A DNA stretch of 63,365 nucleotides, counting the filler, from Dugesia japonica (Eukaryota), in assembly GCA_001938525.1 (NCBI GenBank). It is 5 parts of 5 records of this genome, joined end to end, with 100 filler letters (N's around TTAATTAATTAA, not from the genome) between each part and the next. Parts side by side here need not be neighbours in the genome. Positions count along the whole stretch, not along the records: positions 49,335 to 63,365 come from MQRL01641110.1; 4 more parts are not named here. One strand, written 5' to 3'. A program made the position numbers and the translations under genes. How positions within the stretch are numbered: position 1 is the stretch's first letter; each line of letters begins with the position of its first letter. Below are positions 53,650 through 63,365 of the stretch, in pieces. The notes beneath the pieces are model-generated. The model did no database searches and was not told where the DNA came from. It saw only the letters and a program-made list of their open reading frames with translations.

Positions 53650-55000
53650 GATAAAGTTCCACATGGAGAAAACCCCACATGGACAAATGCCCATATTTTT
53701 ACATATATCGGATATATTTATTATTTCCTCCATTTCCTCTTGTTTTTTCGAGTATATTACAGTCGTGTTAATTGATTATTTATTGTTTTCGTATTGAAAT
53801 GTTGAAATGTACAAAAATTAATTACTTCGTAGAATTTATTCTTGTGTAAATAAAGTTTCATGTAATAGAATTTCAATTAGACTGAAATAATTAAGTTTTT
53901 AAGGCAAATTAAGTACGAAAACATTTAAAGTAATAATCCCTCGATTTGCGGAAGCTTATTTTATGGAATTATTATTATATTTCATTTTGTCTTCTATTTG
54001 CTCATATTCTTGCACTGTGATCGCCACTAAATCATCTATTTGATTTTAATTTTTCTTTTTGGCTTCTGACCAACCTACTTTTGCGTTAATAAGTGTCAAC
54101 CTGTGGCAAGCAAGATCCCTTTGAAGTCCATCGAATAGAATTCAAACTTTTGGATGACTACAGTAAAATAAGGAATTGATTGCATTATAAAATCTTTTGC
54201 AGCAATTTGTAGTCTTAGGCAATCATTGAAGAACTGTATTATAATGATTCCATATTTTTATGGGAAATTGGAGATTTCTACCAGATGCTCTTTCAATATA
54301 TGTCGAAATAAAGTTAGTAAAAAAAATTAGTTTAGTCACATATAATACAGGTAACCCACCTAGAACGCGATAGATACGTTCCCATAAAAAATCCACTTTC
54401 AAATGAAATAGCGCTGTAGAAGTACCGTTTTATAAGAAGGTTATCTGTACAAACTTTTGTTTATATATATACTAAATTCTTTGTGCATAAAAAGAATTCA
54501 AAAAAATTACAACTTTATTATGGTAGACTTTTGTTACAAAAATAAATCGTGTTGTTCACATATATGTATTCTACTAAACAGTGTTATAAACCGTGTTATG
54601 CAGTATTGTCGAGGTTTTGTTGGTGAATATTTTTGTTTTTTTGTCAGCAGGTAAATTGACTCACATAAATCTTTTATCAGATTTCTTTAACCTGTTTTTG
54701 GAGTAACTCTGATGACTCATAAACTGTACATTCACATACCAGAGATTTCTATTTGGTTCGGTTTTAGAATGTTAGTCAGCTTTTACTTTTTTAGGCGTGA
54801 GTAAATACTGCCGACATGAAGCGTTAATTGATGTTTGAATAATCACCTGTTGAATATATCGATGGCAGCTCGGGTTAATCATTTTTGAAATCTAGAGTGT
54901 ATGAGAGAACCATTTGCGTGTGTTTTGGATTTCTTATTGATCACTGTTACAATAATATTAACTTTGACTCTAAATATCGGAAATAGAGTCTAATGTTAAT
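53650..55000 (-). mobile_element. Mutator-like (MULE) transposon remnant
   Basis: FPIKIWNHY...LPKTTNCCKRFYNAIN....HPKV.ILFDGLQRD matches the MULE W....P.TNN..E..H...HP..W block; terminus with repeated GGA(C/G/T)AAA..CCACAT units at 53649-53696. Confidence 0.75.
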
Positions 55001-55990
55001 CAAAATGGTTGGAATGTGTTTAAAANAGGTGTATTGAAATCATGTACATTTATTAGGATTATCAGAGTACCATGTCGGATTATCTGTCAAATCCACAAAC
55101 ATTTTTTCTTTTCGTGATTCTGTAGCATCATTGCTGATATATTATTACTGAATTCAACCTGTAGATCAATCACAGTATCAAGTTGGATGGCTAGGAGTTA
55201 AGAGTTTTGATTGCGAATCATAATTCAGAAAGCGTCTCAGGCTCACTCATCAGTTTTATTCCCATTGCCATTATAGCGCCTTTCTAATTGAATAGCTGAT
55301 AGATCTTCGTCTATTTTGTTTTGCTTCCAACCAGTTGATGAACTAAAGTTCGGTCTCGAGGAAACGAATGGTGTGATCGCCAAATCCTTGTAGATAATGA
55401 TTATTTTAAGGTAAATTCTTTTATAAGATTTTGTTGAGTTTTACTTCCAATGACGAAAGTATCTGATGAAATTTATTGACTTTAAATGGATTAATATTCA
55501 AAGTAACTGACCAGATCATAGAGTGATTGCTATTTCACTCTATAAATATATTTATTCATTTGGGTGACATAATTGATTTGAATAATTATGACCTTGCCGA
55601 AATTATTCAAAAAACTTTAATTTTAAAAAAATTATTAATAATAATTTTTTTAAAAAATGTAAATGATAATAAGAAATATCATTTAAAATCAAATTTTAAG
55701 ACAAACCTGAAATCTAATTGTAATTCAAAAAACGATTTAGAAAGAAATTTTTAATAAAAAAATTTCAGTAATTTAAAAAATTCATAAAAATGACTTACAA
55801 GGTTTTACATTAAAAATTACAGAAAATTTATGGTTGTATTTATTCAAAAATATTTACGGGAGTGCTCATAATGTTTTACCAAAGTTTTATCACATTCGGA
55901 TAAATAGTATAGGAACGCATACTACACAAACCACTAAAAATTCACACATACACACAAAAATTTTAACTTACACACACATATATATATATA

Positions 55991-57499
55991 TGTTGGGGTT
56001 CCACCTGAGTTCGTTGTAAAAAAATATGGCTGGGTGAAAAGACAGCACTCAGGGGACTCGTTCAAGAATTTATCTAATGCCCCTTATTAGGTTTTCGATG
56101 AGAAGTGGTTGACCCCAACGCTTATACAGGGTACACATTTACGCATCGTTTTATTTGGGTTCAATAATTCCCCGTAATTTTACTTTAGTACGTATAAACA
56201 AATACTAATATCAGAATTACAATAAAAGTTTATTTTTTCATTTATTCACATAATATTTAATGCCCCATGGTCCAGCCACTGGGTAGGCTCACCGTTCGTT
56301 TAATCAACGGCGGCCTCATTGTTATCACTCTTTCTTCTAGTCCACGAGCCTAGTTCTAATCGAGTGGACAAATCGGTGATGCATCTATTGAGAAAATTTA
56401 TTTGTTTCACAAGCATCTGCTTGATTTGCTCCGCCAACTCCCCTTGTTTTTTAATTATGATATCTAATTTTTTAATTAGCCTATTTCTTTGAGTGAGATT
56501 CTAAAATAGGGCATGTTCATTTTGACGCTTAACATGTCTCTCCAGGAGGAGCTTTTGGATGAGACAATGACACCTGTGGAGATTTGTTGGTAGTTGAAAA
56601 AATAAAGAGATGATGAATTTACACAAAAGACGAAATAATCAAGATATCGAAGTCCTTATAATAAGATTTATTTATAATAAAACTATGTAAAGAGTTAGTT
56701 TCGTGTCTGGATGGATTTATCAACCATTAAAGCGTCTAGTGGAACATGCTTCTGCATTTCCAGTAAATCAGATACCAGTTTATTCTCATAGTCATGGAGG
56801 GACAGGATAAAATTTGCAAATGACTCCACCTGGCGTTTCGAAATACGCTCCGTTGCATGGGAGGCCTCTGCTTCTATTCGATAACTTTAACATTTGTTCT
56901 GGTAGCGTTTCACTTTGGCGTTTGCTGCAGCTGTTTTGGCCTCCCATTTCCGTTTTGCCAATTTATAAAGGTNCCAAGACATATCTATGTCCTCGCTATC
57001 CTCTGACTTTTTTGTGGGTGTGACTGAACAGTTGAATGAGGAATGCACTAGAATTTAATTGAAATTTAATTTAAAATCAGAGTTAATAATAAGATAACCA
57101 CAGAAATTAAGAGTTAAAAATTTGGCACATGCTGTATGCACTTAGCTACTTAAAGGAAAACTATACCGGAAATATATAAACACAAAATTAGAATAAAATG
57201 GTTGAAAGATTCAATTGAGGATAAGCATAATTTATTAATAGAAAACATTTATTAAAGGAAAATCATTAAACACAAAAAATTTTCGTCATTATCAGTCGGT
57301 ATAAGCTTACCAGGGACGGGAACGGGATCAATATTTATCGCATTTTCCGAATTCGTCGGATCCCTGATTTCCAATAATAAATTATAAACACTAGCCTTTA
57401 TTATGGGTGTTACTTGTGGTGCCCCGTAAGTAAACCGGGTTGCTTACTCCTGTGGAGGGGCGTGCCGTAAACGATAACTTCAGCGTTCTCCAATGTCAC
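55991..57499 (+). mobile_element. Probable LTR/5' leader of an LTR retroelement with primer-binding site
   Basis: TGTTGGGG start right after a (TA)n tract; TGGTGCCCCGT at 57417-57427 after ..TGTTAC.; followed after a gap by Asn-rich gag-like sequence. LTR bounds uncertain. Confidence 0.45.
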
Positions 57500-58075
57500 N
57501 NNNNNNNNNNNNNNNNNNNNNNNNNNNNNNNNNNNNNNNNNNNNNNNNNNNNNNNNNNNNNNNNNNNNNNNNNNNNNNNNNNNNNNNNNNAAAAAATCAT
57601 CCTACAGGTCCGGTGATTCCAGGTGTTTGATCCAAATAATGTTCACTAAAATTTAAAATACGAGATTGAGAGATTTTTGTTTAGAATTGAAAAATTTTAT
57701 AATATAAATAATGGAGACGTAAATTTAATCAGTAAGTAGAGAAAAAATTTATTTCAATTCAGGATTCATTGTTGATCAAAGGATCACGATCTAAATCTAC
57801 TTCCCTTCCTAAGGGAAAAATTTCTGCGAAACAACGAAGATCGGTTTCGTCGGGGGACAGAATCCTATCGTGGAATAGAATGTGTCTGATTAACTGTTTT
57901 AACCGTGGGGCTTTCCATTGTTTATATATCACCCGCAAGGTGCGCCTTAACTCCGTGGACATAGTCTGAATGTAAACTGATAATTAATCAAATATTCCAC
58001 TGATACTATCGTGATCTGGTCCGTCCTAGTATAAAAAAACAAAATGCTACTGATAGTAGGGTTGTTAACGCTAAT

Positions 58076-58384
58076 ATGGACGGCGATAATAATATGAATA
58101 ATAACACTAACAACTATAATAATGATAATAATAATGGTAAATTTAATAATAAAAGTAGTAAACATTTTACCAACAATAATAAAGATATTCCTTATAAGAA
58201 TAGTTATAATAATAAAAATATTCATAATAATAATCATCGCAAATATACTAAAGATGATAATAATAGTTTTCAAAATAATAATAGTTATAATATTAGTTTT
58301 CATAAAAAGAATGATTATGATAATAATAAATACAATTGCCGTCGCAATAATATTAATGGTTTTAGTGGTCAAAATAAAGATTAG
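58076..58384 (+). repeat. AAT-rich low-complexity tract (Asn-rich frame)
   Basis: Degenerate (AAT)n; open Asn-rich frame, possibly gag C-terminal low-complexity region. Confidence 0.55.
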
Positions 58385-58817
58385 GACCATACTGAGAAAA
58401 TCAGGTTATTAGCACTAACACTATCTTAACGATGATGACGCTGTTCATTACTGTGATATTTGCAGTAATGTTATTCCTGGAAAACTCAAAGATAACTATA
58501 TTAGTCATCAGTATCACATTCATCGATTAATTTTGATGTGGTTAACGTGATTGCATTTATCGACTTAAAGTGGAAGTGACACACAGTAACCTATTTCTGT
58601 CTATCTTCCTATATCAGCATGTAAACTGCTAGAGTTATCGATTTCCACTACAGTTAAATCATTTAAATAAATGAACAAAGCTATTAAGTAAGGCCTTGGT
58701 TAATATTTTTTATGTATTTTTATTGTTTTTTGTAGATATTTTAATTAATTTGAAGAAGAAAATTTGATAAAAAAGAAAATNNNNNNNNNNNNNNNNNNNN
58801 NNNNNNNNNNNNNNNNN

Positions 58818-59216
58818 GGATAAAAGGTTTTCACATGATGATAATAATGGCTTAAATTAACTTCTTTTTCAGAAGCCATTATTTCTTCAATAGATTGTTT
58901 AATTATCTGAAATTTCGAATTATTATTGGAAATAAAATCGAAATCAGTAAGTTTCTTCCTTAATGTCGATTTTATTTTGGAGAAATAATTCTCAATCGGA
59001 TTGAGGAATGGACTGTAGGGAGGGAGGTTCCATATTTTGTGGCAATCTGCAGTAGTAAGGACAGAATTGTGAATTGAAGCATTATCGTGGATAAGATAAT
59101 GCAGCTCTGCTTTCAGAATAATACTTAAATCGCAGATAAATGTCTGGTATATCGGCTGGGTGACAGAACCCTCACGAACTTCAAAATGAATGGGTCCTTT
59201 TTTCCCAATGGCCATC
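58818..59216 (-). mobile_element. IS630/Tc1-like (DDE_3) transposase, C-terminal half
   Basis: LIHDNASIH...LPPYSPFLNPIENYFSKIKS; open between two N runs. Confidence 0.9.
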
Positions 59217-59499
59217 NNNNNNNNNNNNNNNNNNNNNNNNNNNNNNNNNNNNNNNNNNNNNNNNNNNNNNNNNNNNNNNNNNNNNNNNNNNNNNNNNNNN
59301 NNNNNNNNNNNNNNNNNNNNNNNNNNNNNNNNNNNNNNNNNNNNNNNNNNNNNNNNNNNNNNNNNNNNNNNNNNNNNNNNNNNNNNNNNNNNNNNNNNNN
59401 NNNNNNNNNNNNNNNNNNNNNNATTTGAATATTTGAGTTTCTTGAAAGTGTATAATTTATTTTTCAAGAAATTTGAGATTGTTCCACAAGAAACATATA

Positions 59500-61960
59500 T
59501 GTATAGAAAAATCTAAAGCTGTAAGCCAAGATTTTACCTCTGCTGAATTTAGTCATTATTTCTGTAAACCTGCAACAATTCTAATATTGTCATGGGACTT
59601 CTTTACTACCAAAATATTTAGAATGTAAAATTTTGGAGTATGTATGTCAATAATTTCCATTGAGTAACTGGTATCAACAACGTGGACGAAACTTCAATAA
59701 AAAAAATTTGATCTAAAACCCAAATGAGTCGATGATAATAATTAAACAAATGTCTAAACACGAACAAAATTTCATCATAACTATTTATTTATCAGAATAT
59801 AAAGCATCATAACATAGATTATAAACCAAACATGTACTCACTCGATAACATTGGATTTTCTGCAACGGAAATATTCTCTCGAGAGTAAGTTATTGTACTT
59901 TGTATATGTAATCGTAATAATTAAATTAATTCCAATTTGGGAGTATTGGTTTTCCTTTCATTGGTAAATTCCACGAGTTTTTTTCCAACAAAGTTAATTT
60001 AGTGATTTATTTAACTGTTGATACAGCGTAAAATGACAATTATTTTTGGGGTACTTTTGCTAAGTTTTCAGGGGCTTTTATAGCTTTTTGCGTGCACCCC
60101 TTTGTCTAGCTATTTTTGTTTTACCATTTTTGCTTCTCATTGGTGCTGCTGCCAAATTTAGACTTTTTCTGTGAATTTTTGGTCTTCTATTGGTGCCTAT
60201 TTTAGAACACCTTGTGATTTTCAGGGCTTTGTTTCTTGTTTATTTTCTGGTTACTTATTGGCCGAATCTTTAAAATNNNNNNNNNNNNNNNNNNNNNNNN
60301 NNNNNNNNNNNNNNNNNNNNNNNNNNNNNTACCCCTTCTCATGCGCTACTTGCCCCGACGATTTTTGTCCATCCATCGAAAAGTTATTCACCTTTTACTT
60401 ATTTCTGGCGAAATTAATTTTTCTTTCTTGTAAAATTTAATTAATTTTAGGTTTGTTATTTTGATTATACTTTTGATAATAATTTGTTTTANGAAGTACG
60501 ATTCCCGTAATTGGATCAAGTAGATGATATTAATTTCATTCTGATTTTCTCTTTCCCTTCTTCGTTCTTAGTTTACTTCTTTAGATCTTCTTTTGATTAT
60601 TGATTATTAGTGGGATTACATTATTAATTACTTCGTCTGTATCGTATTAATTAGTCAAAACTTGGATTCCTGAGTATGTTTTCTTGATAATTGGTTGTTT
60701 TAACCCAACAAATTACTCCCCGTTTCATTTAAATTCCGTCCCGGAATTGGTCATTGTTCCTCCCCGTTGCAGAATCCTTTAACCTTATATAAGACAGATC
60801 AAGATAAATTTAAGGTCAGATACTGATTAATATTTGAACGCACATGCATAAAAACTTTACAAATATACACCAATACATATATATTTTATTTGCCAATTTA
60901 GTCCTACTCCATCACCCAATAGTTCAGTCACTATTTACAGTTTATTTACACTGTATTCTTCTTCTTTCAATCCATTTCTTCCTTGGGTTGCTGGTAAGTT
61001 CTGAGTTTAAGAGCTGATCTGGGTTTGATTGATCATTGCGGTTTAATTCGGTGTCCAACTTGGGGTTGTTGGATTGAGTGAAAATTTCGAAGATTCCTAG
61101 ATTGTTAGAGGTGCTGGGTATCTAGTTCGAGTTGGAGTTTCCACTTGTAAGTTTGAAAGAGTTGAAAAGGGTATTGGTTGCCATGCTGGCGCTGCTGGAT
61201 TTAATGCCGACTGTGGAGGGTTTAGGATCAGTAGATCTCTTGGAAGAAACGAAGCAGGTGTGACACTTCAGTTAACGACTAAATGAGAGATAGGTTGATG
61301 TGACTGCTGACTAGCATGTGACTGCTGTAGCTCCTTGATCATTGAAAATTGCTCGATCAGGCGCTGCTGTTTTTATGCGATGTTAATTTCTTTCTCTTGA
61401 CATAGTGTGCATAGTTCGATGATTTATTATTCTAATGCCGCTTTATATTGATCATAATATTCACTTTTCTGCTGATATTCCTGAATTATACATTCGAACT
61501 CAAGTGACAGTTTGTCGATACCAGCACGAACACCTTCTTGGTGAGAATCTAGTTTTCCGTTGCGAGGCGGGATTTTTCCAATTCCGTGTTGAATTATTCT
61601 ATCCTGAGACTTTGAGTGTTTTCTTGTTCTATCTTCAGCTGATTTTTAAGTTCTTTTCTTCGGGGTTCAACCTCTTCAAACTTACTTTTCCAGTTACAAA
61701 CTTGCTTGATAGCATTTATTTTTGTTCGGTTTTCATCTAGAGTTCTTTTCACTATTCTCTTGTGGCCGATGCATGACAGTTCTCTAATTGCGAGCTCGTG
61801 TCCGACTTTTTTGATTTGGGTTTCGAGTCCGCTGATGTAGTTTTGGAGTTAGAGATTTAGAAGGAAATTTTGTTTAGCATCCAATTTCCAGTTTAGAGCT
61901 TCGGGAACTATTATGAGTTACTGATTTTGTATTTGGAGGGTATGGATTTCGTTTCGAAGG
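59500..61960 (-). mobile_element. Possible non-LTR retrotransposon remnant (coiled-coil ORF1-like plus endonuclease-like scraps)
   Basis: A-rich coding-like minus strand with broken frames; INFVGKKLVEF near 59990 resembles the APE N.NG..L..F motif; weak. Confidence 0.3.
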
Positions 61961-62089
61961 TGAGTTAATAAATTTTCGTTACTCATTTCTAAATTAGAGA
62001 GGGTGATTAGTTACATTTAGTATAATAATATGACATTTAGATAACTACTATAGATAGATAGTATTTACACATTTTTAACTTTATTTTAT

Positions 62090-63250
62090 TGAAGAAATTT
62101 TATTCCCACCACCTTACGTTCGATTAACTTTCTACACATAGGGCGTTCATTTATGATTAAAGCACAGTTATAGCAGGTTTTAAAATGTCCGCAGGGAAGT
62201 CAATTCTTCGAGACAAATGACGCAGTCATTGTCCATTAAAACCCATTCTTGTTCATAACTTACTTTTTTTGATACAACGTTGAGTGATTGCTGGTATAAT
62301 TCCAAGGTGTTATTCTTTCACTTCCTTTTCCTACAACTGTCATTGCGATTAGTTCATTTGTGGTTTCCTTACTTATGTCGAGTATTTTAGACAATTGGTC
62401 TGTCTGAAATTCGACTGCCATTTCTATTCTGTTTTTCGACATATTCCATTCTACTCTACATGATGTTACGGTAAATCTTCCCCATGACTTTAGTTTAATC
62501 TTGAACATTTCCGTGATGGAAAAGATTGTTTGGCAATTTCTCCACGTCATTCAGTATTTCTGTTTCCCTTTTGCATGTTGTGCATTTGATGAATTTAATA
62601 TTTTCTCTTTTGGTTATAAATTCCATAACTTTTTCCAATAACTCTAGTGTGTCCTTAAATGTTTTTTTACGAGCTTCGAAGTTCCATTCTAGATCATCTG
62701 GCAGTGTTTTTTTTATTATTTTACAATAAAATTTACTGGGTTCCGTGGTTATTTTTTCAATTTACAGTTGTTTACCTAGGGTTATTATTTTTGGCTGATT
62801 ATTTAAATCCAAATTTAGTAAGAATGGGCAAGTGGGAAATGATCTCTTGTAGTCCCTCCTTGGGTTATCATTTCTCCTCCATTTATACAAATTTTCTTGA
62901 CTCGATCTGGTTCGTCTTTTGTCCCGAAGAAATATAATCCGGTTTTATCACTGCTACCGATTATCTTATGCAGATGTTTTGGTAGCTTAAGTAACGTGAG
63001 GGCTCTTGCTCTTCCATTTCGATATTTCTCATAAAAAACTCTCATTGCACTGTAATATACTATCCTTCGTATAAAGTTTTCTGGTGATCCGAAATTGTTG
63101 CGATAGTAGATGATGTTTTTGACTATTGGAATTTGTTTTATTCCTTCTCGACCTTGACTCATACAGTATAAATTGATATCTAGATATAGATATAATGGTG
63201 CCCATTATTAATCTAACCTCTCGTATTGATAATTCCAAATCAAATTTCAT
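62090..63250 (-). pseudogene. Intronless decayed gene with internal CxxC and C-terminal IAP-type RING finger
   Basis: Chained frames 63250 to ~62090; KCTTCKRE at ~62580; DCVICLEE / LPCGHFKTCYNCALIINERPMCRKLIERKV at 62225-62110. Confidence 0.7.
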
Positions 63251-63365
63251 TATCTAAAACATGTACATAATTGTTTCTGATTATATAATAAAATATTGGT
63301 TAAATTATTTCTGATTTTCAGAAGTATATTTTATTTTTATTTGTTTTCAGTATTTATTATGGATA

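Noticed and set aside
57947-58412. Ile-rich 'membrane protein' ORFs on both strands
   Set aside because: Alternative frames of an (AAT)n low-complexity tract.

Overview
AT-rich eukaryotic (animal) genomic DNA, not prokaryotic: it has spliced genes with very short (38-49 nt) GT-AG introns and is dominated by decayed transposons. Four identical 100-nt spacers (44N-TTAATTAATTAA-44N at 17715, 30807, 39268, 49235) are artificial joins, so the window is five separate pieces and linkage across them cannot be assumed. Host genes: (1) the 3' exons of an ArfGAP+ankyrin gene (AGAP/centaurin-gamma type), 228-6537; (2) a multi-exon gene with two kringle domains, an unassigned Cys-containing domain and a downstream exon that looks TCAF/FAM115 (M60-peptidase-associated) like, 19021-30806; (3) a complete 3-exon ADAT2/Tad2 gene missed by the ORF track, 52560-53136 (-). 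The rest is a mix of mobile elements: Merlin, several hAT elements and MITEs (some nested, with target-site duplications), mariner/Tc1/IS630-like, pogo, MULE, probable piggyBac, Penelope-like elements with minimal hammerhead ribozyme motifs, Ty3/Gypsy remnants, and Maverick/Polinton capsid-like and integrase fragments. There is also an intronless decayed gene ending in an IAP-type RING. The composition, tiny introns and kringle genes suggest a compact invertebrate parasite genome such as an orthonectid, but that is inference only. All family assignments are by-eye motif recognition; no searches were run.
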